Source of the DNA: an uncultured bacterium
Lineage (GTDB): Bacteria > Babelota > Babeliae > Babelales > Vermiphilaceae
Length of the DNA: 64,000 nucleotides
Direction: 5' to 3'
Assembly: GCA_963701085.1 (NCBI GenBank)
Contig: OY969561.1
Span: forward strand, 1,056,001-1,120,000
The notes under the pieces were generated by a model. That model was not told the DNA's origin and ran no database searches. It worked only from the letters and a program-made list of their open reading frames with translations. This document shows, one piece after another, positions 9,880-19,986 of the stretch (the first letter of the stretch is position 1; each line of letters opens with the position of its first letter). Made by a program: the position numbers and the translations under genes.

Positions 9880-12328
9880 TTATGCAGGGTCATTTTCACC
9901 AGAAAAGTTGAGCCGTTCAAGCTCAGCATCGCGGCGCTTTTCAAATTCCTGTGCATTAAACTGGGTAAGATTGAGATGGAAAATATGATGGACAATATCA
10001 AAGCGGATATGGGTCATCATTTCACGGAACATATCAAATGCTTCACGTTTATATTCAATGAGCGGATTTTTTTGTCCCCAGCCACGTAAGCCAATGCCTT
10101 CTTTAAGATGATCAAGATTGAGCATGTGCTGACGCCATGCCTGATCAATTGTTTCAAGCACGAGCCATTTTTCAGCTGTTTTAATGACATTTTTCATTGT
10201 GGTGTCTGCGGTATAGATCATATTGTTCAAGTAAAAAGTTAATAAGATCTTTTTCAAACTGTTCAACATTGCGTGTGCTGATGCCTGCTTTTTCAAAATC
10301 TTTCTGCGTAAGCCTGGTCATATATTCTAAAGCTTCATATACTTTTTCAATTTGTTCTGTTTTGATGTTTCTTTTTGGTGCATTATATGCAATAAGCATC
10401 TTCAACAATGGTAGCAATAAAATCACGAATAAGTTCATAAATGCGATTTTCACCTTCAAGTGCATCAAGGCGATGATTGTAGATGACAATACGTTGTTGA
10501 TTGAGAACATCATCATATTCAAGTAAATGTTTACGGTTATCAAAGTTGTGTTTTTCAACTCGTTCTTGTGCGCGTTCAATTGTGTGTGAAACCAAGCTTA
10601 GATTCAATAATTTCATCTTCTTGCATACCAAAGAACTCCATTTTTTTCTTGAGTGATTCGCCGGCAAAAATACGAACTAAATCATCTTCAAGAGAGATAT
10701 AAAAACGAGATTCTCCTGGGTCGCCTTGTCGGCCAGATCGTCCTCGTAAGCTGATTATCAATACGTCTGCTTTCATGCCGTTCTGTGCCTAAAATATAAA
10801 GACCACCAGCTTCAATTGATTCTGGGGTGAGTTTAATATCAGTACCACGACCAGCCATATTGGTAGCAATAGTAATGTGGCCAGGTTCTCCTGCATGGGC
10901 AACAATTTCTGCTTCTCGTTCATGTTGTTTTGCATTAAGTACATCATGAGGAATACCATTTGCGTTTAAAATATGCACTTAATAGTTCTGATGTTTCAAT
11001 GGCAATGGTACCAATAAGAACTGGTTGTCCTGCTGTGTGACGTTCTTTAATATCTTCAACAATTGCTTTATATTTTGCATTTTTTGTTAAAAAAATAAGA
11101 TCTGGCATATCTTTTCTGATCATATGCGCGATTGGTTGGAATAGAAATAACATCAAGTTTATAAATGTTATGAAATTCTTCACTTTCTGTTGCAGCAGTA
11201 CCGGTCATACCCGCAAGTTTTTTATAAAGTCTGAAAAAATTTTGGAAAGTAATGCTGGCAAGTGTTTGGCTTTCGCGTTCAATTTCAACATTTTCTTTTG
11301 CTTCAATGGCTTGATGTAATCCATCACTGTAGCGTCGTCCTGGTAAAATACGTCCCGTAAATTCATCAACAATCAGAACTTGATTATCAGTAATAACATA
11401 TTCAACATCACGTTTAAAAAGTGCATGCGCGCGTAGTGCTTGATTGAAGTGGTGAAGTAGTTGCATATGTTCAATGAGAATATAGATTTTTAATATTAAA
11501 TGCTGCTTCAACTTTATCAACGCCAGATTCTGTCAAAAGAACTGAGCGTGCTTTTTCATCAACTTCATAGTCATTCATCTTTTTCTAAGATAAGAAACAA
11601 CACGGTCAGCATCTCGTATAGAGCGTGCTACTTCTTCAGATGAACCGGAAATAATAAGTGGTGTACGTGCTTCATCAATTAAAATTGAATCAACTTCATC
11701 AACAATGGCAAAAGAAAGCTCGCGTTGTACATAATCATTCAAGCGGAACTTCATATTATCGCGCAAATAATCAAATCCAAGTTCATTATTTGTTGCATAT
11801 AAAATATCAGCTGCATAGGCTTTTTTACGTTCTGCATCATTCATAGAATTTTGTAGACATGCAACGTTAAGTCCAAGGAATGTGTAAATAGGACCCATCC
11901 ATTCAGAGTCACGGCGTGCAAGATAATCATTAACGGTAACAAATGTGCCCCCTTTGCCCGTCAAGAGCATTAAGATAGAGGGCTAATGTTGCGGTGAGTG
12001 TTTTACCTTCACCCGTTTTCATTTCAGAAATTTTACCTTGATGCAGTACAATGCCGCCCATAAGCTGAACATCAAAATGGCGTTGGCCTAAGTTTGCGTT
12101 TTGCTGCTTCACGCACAACGGCAAAAGCTTCTGGTAAAATATCATTAATGTTTTGCCAGCAGCTAACTGTGGCTTTTAAATTCAATTGTTTTGTGGGCGA
12201 GTTGTTCATCGGTTAGTGAGTTGTATTGAAGGTTCAAATGCATTAATTTGTTCAACAACAGGGAGCATTTTTTTTAATTGGCGCTCATTATTTGTGCCGA
12301 CTATTTTTGCGAGTATCCGTGAGATCAT
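9880..12328 (-). pseudogene. secA: Preprotein translocase SecA, broken into at least 9 ORF fragments (probably sequencing or assembly indels)
   Basis: [82 protein letters not shown] motifs in consecutive shifted frames. Confidence 0.93.
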
Positions 12329-12555
12329 TGCAATCCCCATTTTTATTAGGTTTTAAAAGTACATTATTTCTTGCAAGAGTATCAAAAAAATAGATTTTGC
12401 TCAATATACGTATTTTCTCATCAGTAGCTACTTTATGACAAAGAGAAAATAATCTCTTGCTATATTATTATAATTATGGTACAGTTATTAGTGATAAGCA
12501 TACAAATAGTATTGTATGTGGCATTTTAACCAAATATTAAGAGTTGGAGATGTTT

Positions 12556-12840
12556 ATGAATAAATTATTAAGTCTCACTATAATGGTTTCAGTGCTCTCT
12601 GTTTTTGGTGTAGGTGCTATGGAGCGCTCTGAAGGAGCGGCGTATCCGCAGCTTACTCAGCAAGAGTTTGACGCACAACTTAGACAGCAAAGAGAAGCTA
12701 GGACAAGAGAGGCAAGAGAGCAGATGAGGCTGGAAAGAGAACAGCAAAGACGTGGTGCGCGACGTAACTTAAATCCTGAATTAGAATTGTATGATCCTAA
12801 TCGGGGTGAAGGTGCTTATCCTGTTGATCCTAATTTATAA
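12556..12840 (+). CDS. Small secreted hypothetical protein
   Basis: ggag RBS, signal peptide MNKLLSLTIMVSVLSVFGVGA-ME, terminator downstream. Confidence 0.65.
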   Translation: MNKLLSLTIMVSVLSVFGVGAMERSEGAAYPQLTQQEFDAQLRQQREARTREAREQMRLEREQQRRGARRNLNPELELYDPNRGEGAYPVDPNL

Positions 12841-12861
12841 TTTCTATGAACATACGTTGTT

Positions 12862-12896
12862 AAAAAAAAGCTCTTTGAAAAAAAAGAGCTTTTTTT
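12862..12896. terminator. Intrinsic terminator
   Basis: aaaaaaaagctcttt...aaagagcttttttt. Confidence 0.7.
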
Positions 12897-12963
12897 AATT
12901 TTTGAGATACTTTAATATAGAGAGCATCGTAATAGTAATTTTTGATCAAAAAAAGGAATCTCT

Positions 12964-13326
12964 ATGAAAAAAGTGGTGTTAGTTCTTGTAGTTGTTTTGG
13001 TAAGCAGTGCCAATAATGCTTTTCAGGGTAGTCAGCTTATACAAAAAGATGCTCCTTGTGGATATAATCAGCGTTTTCTTGATGCCGAGAGTCCAAGGGA
13101 TGAGTACGTGCATGTTGAAGAAAATCAAAGTGATATTGATGAATACGATCAGAATGTTTGTGACAATGTACAACCACCAAAAATATCTGCTTTAGAAGCT
13201 TCTTTAAGAGATATTATGGGGAAGATTCTTGTGCATTGTTTGATCGTAAAAGAGATGGCTACTGTTTGTTTTAAAGAAATTCAAGACACTCTTAATAAAT
13301 GGTTTGCTGTTGTGTTGAAGGCGTAA
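12964..13326 (+). CDS. Secreted hypothetical protein
   Basis: aagga RBS and hydrophobic N-terminus MKKVVLVLVVVLVSSA. Confidence 0.65.
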   Translation: MKKVVLVLVVVLVSSANNAFQGSQLIQKDAPCGYNQRFLDAESPRDEYVHVEENQSDIDEYDQNVCDNVQPPKISALEASLRDIMGKILVHCLIVKEMATVCFKEIQDTLNKWFAVVLKA

Positions 13327-13354
13327 ATTTTTAAAAAAAAGAAAATAGTTCCTC

Positions 13355-14134
13355 ATGAGCGATATGGCAGTGCATAAAGATACGCATGAATTTGCTGTAT
13401 ATAAAGAATCATTATCTTTGTTACTACAGAAACAAGGTCCTGGTAGTAGTGTAATCTTTTCTGACGAAAAATTGTTCCATCGTATGGTGACGGTGTTGCG
13501 CCTGCGCGTTGGTGACGGGTGTATTTTTTTTGATAAAGAACGGTATATAGTAGCCAAAATTGAATCTTTTGTTGGGAAAAAACAGATTCAGGTGATAATA
13601 GAATCGGTACATCCAACAACCATTTTGCGTCCAAATATCACCTTTTTACTCCCTATGCTCAAACGTGATGATTATGAATCAGCTTTATATGCGCTTACTG
13701 AGGTTGGTGTGAGTACGATACAGCTCGTTTTTACTCAAAAAACCGGAAATTGCTGGTCGAAAGAACGGGATAATGATCGTGCTCAGCGAATACTCATTGC
13801 TGCGGCAGAGCAATCTAAAAATTTTGCATACCCACGATTGAAAGCGCCTATTTCTTTGGAGGTGGCATTACAAGAGCAGCGTGATGTTGGTGGAGGAGTA
13901 AAAATATTTTTTGATCCGCAGGGAAGCCATTTTTTTGATGTAATGAATAGATTGCATGATGACCGACCAGAACATGTTGTGCTGCTTATTGGGCCAGAGG
14001 GAGATTTAACTGTAGAAGAAAAAAAAATGGTACGAACAAACAAATTTATTTTTTGTGCTCTTACCCCTACCATTATGCGGGCTGTTCAAGCGGCAGCTCT
14101 TGCTGCTGGTTTTGTTCGATCTCTTCTTGTGTAG
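13355..14134 (+). CDS. rsmE: 16S rRNA m3U1498 methyltransferase RsmE
   Basis: H..TVLRLRVGD, LTEVGV, AAAEQS, LLIGPEGDLT..E, IMRA motifs of the SPOUT RsmE family. Confidence 0.88.
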   Translation: MSDMAVHKDTHEFAVYKESLSLLLQKQGPGSSVIFSDEKLFHRMVTVLRLRVGDGCIFFDKERYIVAKIESFVGKKQIQVIIESVHPTTILRPNITFLLPMLKRDDYESALYALTEVGVSTIQLVFTQKTGNCWSKERDNDRAQRILIAAAEQSKNFAYPRLKAPISLEVALQEQRDVGGGVKIFFDPQGSHFFDVMNRLHDDRPEHVVLLIGPEGDLTVEEKKMVRTNKFIFCALTPTIMRAVQAAALAAGFVRSLLV

Positions 14135-14211
14135 CTTTATGGCAAATGTATTCAAATAGTACTTACATTTTTGTTGATTTTTTATATTTTTGAGTATTAC
14201 ACTGTTATTAG

Positions 14212-15168
14212 TTGAGGATGAGAAGAGATTTTTGGGTGAGGATAGGGGAGAGTGTAATGGAAAGCAGACAAGCGGGAATTTTGCGACTGAGCATCATAAT
14301 GGGGTTTTTTAGCGTCAGTATATTTTTTTTGAATAATAATAAAAAAAATTTTATTACGGCAACCCATATTGATGTTTTAAACTTTAAAGTTGACCCTATG
14401 GCAACTCTTTCATTGGATCAGGCATATGAAGCAATGCATTCATTGTTTATTGCTCATGATAGTGATCTGATTGTTAAAGTTATGAGTCAATTTAAATATC
14501 GCTTTGCTCATGATCTTATTGAGAAAATGATAAATGATGATGTTGTTTGTCTGTCTCATGAAGAAAAAATGGATATCATTTATGGTTTGGTAGCTCATTG
14601 TGGTACAAAAAAGAATGTTCAGTATGAGTTATTAGATCTTTTGTTGAAATATCCTGTTTTGCACTCTCAGACTCCCGCATTACTTTCTTTGGCTCGTGGT
14701 AAATATGCAGATATTATTGCGTTGTTTATTGCCTGGGGCAAAGATCGTCAGAAAAATGAAGCTTATCCTCATGATCTTTTATCTTCTTATGCTGAGCAGG
14801 CTTTTGCTGCAGCCTTAAAAAATGATGATTATGAAGCGATTGAAATGCTGCTGAGTAAAAAAGTTCGTATTTCTCAAGTCAAATCTTCAGCATTGCTCTG
14901 GGATATCGTGGAGCATGGCAAAAATAATAAGTTCATATCCTTGCTGGTTCGTCACGCGCAAGCGGATGTTAATTATGCAGAACAAGGTAAAACGCTGTTA
15001 ATCGCGGCTGTTGAAAAAAATAATATAGATATTGTGCGTGTGCTGTTGGATGAAGGAGCTGTTGTTGACCGTGTCAGTGATGGCGAACTTGGAACGGCGC
15101 TTACTGTTGCAATGAAACATAATTATCATTCTGTTGAACAGCTACTGCGTGAATACGGTGCGGCATAA
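14212..15168 (+). CDS. Ankyrin-repeat protein with N-terminal membrane anchor
   Basis: ADVNYAEQGKTLLIAAVEKNNIDIVRVLLDEGA and GTALTVAMKHNYHSVEQLLREYGA; true start may be 14257. Confidence 0.85.
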   Translation: MRMRRDFWVRIGESVMESRQAGILRLSIIMGFFSVSIFFLNNNKKNFITATHIDVLNFKVDPMATLSLDQAYEAMHSLFIAHDSDLIVKVMSQFKYRFAHDLIEKMINDDVVCLSHEEKMDIIYGLVAHCGTKKNVQYELLDLLLKYPVLHSQTPALLSLARGKYADIIALFIAWGKDRQKNEAYPHDLLSSYAEQAFAAALKNDDYEAIEMLLSKKVRISQVKSSALLWDIVEHGKNNKFISLLVRHAQADVNYAEQGKTLLIAAVEKNNIDIVRVLLDEGAVVDRVSDGELGTALTVAMKHNYHSVEQLLREYGAA

Positions 15169-15203
15169 AAAATGATTTTTTTAATTTATAATGGATAGAG
15201 AAG

Positions 15204-15449
15204 ATGAAAATAGTTAATTTATTGGGTTTGGGTATTTGTTTGTTGAGTTTTAATATTGTTTGTATGGATAAAAATAGAGAGCAACGGCCATTAACGCCGA
15301 ATCAAGAATTGAAAATATGGCACTATAATAATATGCGGGAATTAGAAATTGAACGTCGAAGGGACATGCACTTTTTACAGATAGAGTCAAAATTACAACT
15401 AAAAATGCTTGTGGTGGAAACTGAAAGAAAGTACGGAAAGCTGGATTAA
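15204..15449 (+). CDS. Small secreted hypothetical protein
   Basis: Signal-like N-terminus ending IVC-MD. Confidence 0.55.
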   Translation: MKIVNLLGLGICLLSFNIVCMDKNREQRPLTPNQELKIWHYNNMRELEIERRRDMHFLQIESKLQLKMLVVETERKYGKLD

Positions 15450-15452
15450 TTT

Positions 15453-16121
15453 TTATAATTCTACCGCATGTTTTTTGAGATGAAGCGGCATCAGATAGCC
15501 ATCAGATACATCTTTATTTATAAATTTTTCTAAACCTAATCTGCCAATGGTTTCAATAGAGCACATTGGTGGGTTATTTTGTTTGATAATGGCGCTATTT
15601 CCGTAAATTTGTTTAATAAGATCATGGTGAAGGGTTACGCCGTTACCAATAAAATTGGTGGGGTGAGGAGCGCTAGAATGAGCGCGGTGAAGAAAAGCAT
15701 CAATTTTTTGGTATCCCTTAGATAAAACTTGATCCTGGTGTGCGATGCAATAATAAACTTCATTATTGAAAGCATTTAATAAAACAACGGTGTTTTGATA
15801 TGAATTGTCATAAAACTCTAAAAATGTTGCATCAAGGCCATCGATACCAATTAATGGCAGTTGTGTGGCTAAATGCAGACCATTAACTGAAGCAATAATG
15901 GAGCGTAAGGTAGAAAATGGTCCGGGGCCACAATTAACGGCGCAAAAATCAAAATCACTGATTTTTGCGTTATTTTTTGTGAGTAGCTCATCAAGTAAGG
16001 GAATAAACAGTTTGCTGGCGTGGCGTTTATCTTCACGCTGTTTATCAACAAATGTATTATTGATAAACAGCGCTATCTCGAAAACTTCATAGGTGTTTTG
16101 AATTGCTAAAAAGGAATGCAT
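15453..16121 (-). CDS. tsaB: tRNA threonylcarbamoyladenosine biosynthesis protein TsaB
   Basis: RHASKLFIPLLDELL, AVNCGPGPFSTLR, PLIGIDGLDA motifs. Confidence 0.9.
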   Translation of the reverse strand: MHSFLAIQNTYEVFEIALFINNTFVDKQREDKRHASKLFIPLLDELLTKNNAKISDFDFCAVNCGPGPFSTLRSIIASVNGLHLATQLPLIGIDGLDATFLEFYDNSYQNTVVLLNAFNNEVYYCIAHQDQVLSKGYQKIDAFLHRAHSSAPHPTNFIGNGVTLHHDLIKQIYGNSAIIKQNNPPMCSIETIGRLGLEKFINKDVSDGYLMPLHLKKHAVEL

Positions 16122-16129
16122 GATATCTT

Positions 16130-16309
16130 TTAGTTGCGGTTTTTAGATTTTTGCTGCTGGTAAAAAAGACTAAACGAATCATATTCGATTGTTTTTTCTT
16201 TCTTTAATATTATTTTACCACAATTTAAACATTTCCACCCCTCAAAATTGAGAGGATTATCAAAAAATGATTGGAGGACCAATAATCCGTCACATTTTTG
16301 ACACTTCAT
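16130..16309 (-). CDS. Small zinc-ribbon protein
   Basis: aggag RBS; MKCQKCDG...WKCLNCGK (two CxxC pairs). Confidence 0.65.
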   Translation of the reverse strand: MKCQKCDGLLVLQSFFDNPLNFEGWKCLNCGKIILKKEKTIEYDSFSLFYQQQKSKNRN

Positions 16310-16433
16310 ACAACTACTCCTTTCAGCTATAAGCCTATCACTACAATACAATGGTACTAACGATAGTGCTGATGCGCTTCAAGTTGTTTTCCTTTTGTTT
16401 TTAAACCTAAAGCATAATCATGCTTCTTGTCAA

Positions 16434-16877
16434 TTAAACTTGGTCATCGGTAGGCGTTTGGTAGAATCGCTTGTATTCAAGATAGGAACTGAGAAAAATT
16501 GCAGCGGCAATAGCATGGGAACGGAGTTTATCTTCTTTTGTTTTTGTTGATCTTATAGTGGCAGCTTGTTTGCTTGTTAAGCGTTCATCCCACATTTTCC
16601 ATTCAATAGAGGGAAAATGATTTTTAAGTTCTTCAGTCATGGCAATAACTTTTTTTGTTTGATCACTTTCTGTGCCGCGCATTGTTGTGGGAAGTCCAAC
16701 AACAATAGTTGAGATGTGTTCTTTTGGGATTACTTTTTCTAAAAAAGTATATAAATCAGCTGTTTTTGTTGTGTCGTAAGGACGTGGCAAAATGCCAAGA
16801 GGGTCAGAAATTGCAACTCCGGTCCAACGATCACCAATATCAAGCGCAAGAATCTTCATTTTTTTGGCCTTATCCAA
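16434..16877 (-). CDS. ruvX: YqgF/RuvX-family pre-16S rRNA nuclease
   Basis: ILALDIGDRWTGVAISD, VVGLP, WDERLTS, AAAIFL. Confidence 0.93.
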   Translation of the reverse strand: MDKAKKMKILALDIGDRWTGVAISDPLGILPRPYDTTKTADLYTFLEKVIPKEHISTIVVGLPTTMRGTESDQTKKVIAMTEELKNHFPSIEWKMWDERLTSKQAATIRSTKTKEDKLRSHAIAAAIFLSSYLEYKRFYQTPTDDQV

Positions 16878-16944
16878 ATATTAAAATTTCAGTATACTGG
16901 ATTTGTCGAAGTTGTAAAAAATTAATTTTTCCCAAGGAGTATTT

Positions 16945-18282
16945 ATGGAATTTGTTCAATTAATAAAACAACTCAGTGAGCTTGTTTCTGGCTGGCCGCT
17001 GATGATTTATGTCATAGTAATTAGTCTTTTATATACCATTGCTTTGCGCGGGATTCAGTTTAGATATCTTTTAACTGCTTTAAAAGCAACCGTATCTCCT
17101 TCAGGTCAGGGCGCTCAACAACAAGGCGATGTTTCTCCTTTTCATGCATTTATTAATACTATCAATTCAAATTTAGGTAACGGTATTATTGCTGGTGTAG
17201 CGACTGCTATTTATGCAGGGGGTCCTGGCGCAGCTTTCTGGTTTGTTGTTTTTGGTTTTGTGTTGATGTCGGTGCGTTTTGCTGAAGTATATTTAAGCAC
17301 ATATTATGCATCTCAAGAAACAGAAAAAACCACACTTGGTGGACCAATGCTTTACTTAAAACATGTTCCTGGTGGTAAGTATCTCCCTTTTACCTACGCA
17401 TTTTTTTGTATTTTCTACGGATTAATTGGTGGTAATATAATTCAAGCAAATTCAATGGCTACTAGTCTTGCTGCTACCTGGGCTATTGCGCCACTATTCA
17501 GTGGATTAGCTCTTTTAGTGTTTGTTCTTTATATTCTTCTTGGTGGTGCTGAACGTATTATTAAAATTTCCGTCAGCATTGTTCCGGTTAAAGTTGCGGT
17601 GTTTATGATTTCTACCATAGCAATTTTACTGTTTCACTATAAATCTTTACTACCAGCGTTATATCTTATTGTCTCAAGTGGTCTTGGATTGCAGGCATTT
17701 GCAGGTGGTGTTGTTGGATTTTCTCTGCAGCAAATGATTGCTGCCGGAATGTCTCGTTCTATTTTTTCTACTGAATCAGGACTTGGTTCTGCAGCAATTA
17801 TGTTTGGATCCACCGGTAATGATGATGCAATTCAAAATGGTTTTATGGGTATGGTGAGCACATTTATTAGTACCTGTATTGGTTTTATTATTGCATTATG
17901 CATTGTTGTATCCGGTGTATGGAATAGTGGTTTGAATAGTACAGCATTAACTATTGCAGCTTTTGATACGTTATTTGGTGTTTATGGTGGATGGATAGTA
18001 AGTTTTCTTTCTATTAGTTTTGGTTTTGGTGTTATGGTTTCTTATGCATATGTTGTGCGTTCTGCATGGTTCTTTGTAACAAATAATCGTTTTGCACATG
18101 GATTCATGGTGGTATACAGTCTTTGTGCATTTGGTGGAGCATTAGCAACTGTTGATTTGGTATGGTATTTAGCAGATATTATTATTGCAGTAATGCTTTT
18201 GATTAATTTATATGGATTACTAATGTTGTTACCAAAAGTACGAACAACATTACTCAATCAACTTCGTGATTATAAGGCATAG
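16945..18282 (+). CDS. Alanine/glycine:cation (Na+) symporter, AGCS family
   Basis: GNGIIAGVATAIYAGGPGAAFW, GGPMLY, RSIFSTESGLGSA motifs; multiple TM helices. Confidence 0.9.
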   Translation: MEFVQLIKQLSELVSGWPLMIYVIVISLLYTIALRGIQFRYLLTALKATVSPSGQGAQQQGDVSPFHAFINTINSNLGNGIIAGVATAIYAGGPGAAFWFVVFGFVLMSVRFAEVYLSTYYASQETEKTTLGGPMLYLKHVPGGKYLPFTYAFFCIFYGLIGGNIIQANSMATSLAATWAIAPLFSGLALLVFVLYILLGGAERIIKISVSIVPVKVAVFMISTIAILLFHYKSLLPALYLIVSSGLGLQAFAGGVVGFSLQQMIAAGMSRSIFSTESGLGSAAIMFGSTGNDDAIQNGFMGMVSTFISTCIGFIIALCIVVSGVWNSGLNSTALTIAAFDTLFGVYGGWIVSFLSISFGFGVMVSYAYVVRSAWFFVTNNRFAHGFMVVYSLCAFGGALATVDLVWYLADIIIAVMLLINLYGLLMLLPKVRTTLLNQLRDYKA

Positions 18283-18291
18283 TATACGTTT

Positions 18292-19869
18292 ATGAATTCA
18301 CCAATTACTATTCCCAGCATATTCCCCGTTACGTGTCACACTGATTTTGTGGGACATGGATCCTGTTTTGTTGCTATTGAAGGGTATGCGGATAATGGTG
18401 TTAAGTATATTAGGCAAGCTATAGAAAAGGGTGCACGTACAATAGTCGTGCACCACAACACTTTTTTAGATGACGAATTATGTTCATTCATACACATGCA
18501 TGGAGTTGTTGTTGAACGTGTTGATAATACGCGCAAGGCGTTAGCTGAACTTAGCACTCAAGCTGCTGGTTTTCCCGCAAAAAAGTTACGCATTATTGGT
18601 ATCACCGGCACTAAAGGCAAAACAACAACCTCTTTTTTACTTGAACATATTCTCCATTCTGCCGGTTATAAAACGGCACTCATTAGTTCCGCTCAAAATC
18701 GCATTTGCGGTCACAATTTTTCTGCACCGTTAACAACACCGCAACCTGATTATTTACAGCAATTTCTGAAGTTGTGTGTGGAACATAATGTTGATTATGT
18801 GGTGATGGAAGTTGCTGCTCAAGCGCTTACACTTCATCGCGTTGCGGGCATTACATTTTGTGGTATCATTTTTACTAATTTTTCTCATGAGCATTTAGAA
18901 TTTTATCCAACACTTGATGATTATTTTTATGCAAAAACATTAATTTTTGACATGGCCGCACATGATGCACCGATATTGGTTAATGGCGATGATGCACATG
19001 GCATACAATTACTTGATCAACATATGCATGCTGTAGGTTATGGATTTGGTAATATTTCAAAAATTACTGTATCATCTGAGATTTTATATTCTAGCGCTCG
19101 TCCTGAACTTGTTGAAGGATATCCTCGAGCGCTCGAAGAAACCCTTCAACAGGTTCAGGGTGAGCGCGAAAAAACAAAAACATTGTCGGGTAACTCTCGT
19201 GATGTATGTTATAAAGGCATACATATATCTGATCCTATTCATGGCATTATGTTTGAAGTGCAGTACCGCAATGATGCGATGACAGTTGTCTGCCCAAAAT
19301 TGTTTGGGGCTTATAATGGCTATAATGTATTAGCGGCAACAAGTATGGCATTAGCATTATCCATAACACCCGATACTGTACATGCAGCATTACTTTCCTT
19401 TTCAGGTGTTCCGGGTAGGTTGCAGGAACATGTTCTTACTAATGGTGCGCGTTGTTTTATTGATTATGCGCACAATCCAGAATCATTTGAAGCAGTTTTA
19501 TCAACATTACGTTCTCTCACCCATCAGTTAATTGTATTGTTTGGTGCTGGTGGTGGCAGAGACAAGTCTAAACGTCCAATGATGGGCGCTATCGCCGCAC
19601 AGATTGCCGACATTGTGGTAATCACCTCAGATAATCCTCGCTTAGAAGACCCAATCGTAATAGCAGATGATATTATACAAGGTATACCTGTATCCTTGAA
19701 ACACAAGGTTGTGCAGGAACTTGATCGTAAAAAAGCAATTGAACATGCCTATTTTTTATCGGACCAGGGTTCTATTATCGCATTGCTGGGCAAAGGTCCT
19801 GATGAATATCAGATTATCGGAACAACAAAACATTATTTCAGCGAACAACGCGTTGTTGAGCAGTTGTAG
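18292..19869 (+). CDS. murE: UDP-MurNAc-tripeptide synthetase MurE (carries an in-frame palindromic insert)
   Basis: GITGTKGKTTT, TTP, VMEV, FTNFSHEHL, VPGRLQ, IDYAHNP, GGRDKSKRP, TSDNPR, GKG motifs. Confidence 0.95.
   Translation: MNSPITIPSIFPVTCHTDFVGHGSCFVAIEGYADNGVKYIRQAIEKGARTIVVHHNTFLDDELCSFIHMHGVVVERVDNTRKALAELSTQAAGFPAKKLRIIGITGTKGKTTTSFLLEHILHSAGYKTALISSAQNRICGHNFSAPLTTPQPDYLQQFLKLCVEHNVDYVVMEVAAQALTLHRVAGITFCGIIFTNFSHEHLEFYPTLDDYFYAKTLIFDMAAHDAPILVNGDDAHGIQLLDQHMHAVGYGFGNISKITVSSEILYSSARPELVEGYPRALEETLQQVQGEREKTKTLSGNSRDVCYKGIHISDPIHGIMFEVQYRNDAMTVVCPKLFGAYNGYNVLAATSMALALSITPDTVHAALLSFSGVPGRLQEHVLTNGARCFIDYAHNPESFEAVLSTLRSLTHQLIVLFGAGGGRDKSKRPMMGAIAAQIADIVVITSDNPRLEDPIVIADDIIQGIPVSLKHKVVQELDRKKAIEHAYFLSDQGSIIALLGKGPDEYQIIGTTKHYFSEQRVVEQL
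19094..19167. repeat. 74-bp family-A hairpin (MITE/REPIN-like) inserted in frame in murE
   Basis: gcgctcgtcctgaacttgttgaaggatatcctcgagcgctcgaagaaacccttcaacaggttcagggtgagcgc encoding ARPELVEGYPRALEETLQQVQGER. Confidence 0.95.
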
Positions 19870-19986
19870 TCACTAGTTCTCTTCTTATTGTATCTATTTC
19901 TTGTTTGTATATGAGTTGCTTTGATACTATGCAAATAGAATTATACGATTTGTTTATAGCTAAAAAATAGGCAAGGGGACGATTAT

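Noticed and set aside
9733-10089. 118-aa plus-strand ORF
   Set aside because: It overlaps the REP cluster and is antisense to secA.
9880-12328. Programmed frameshifting or an alternative genetic code for secA
   Set aside because: There are too many breaks with no consistent slippery motif, and other genes read cleanly in code 11.
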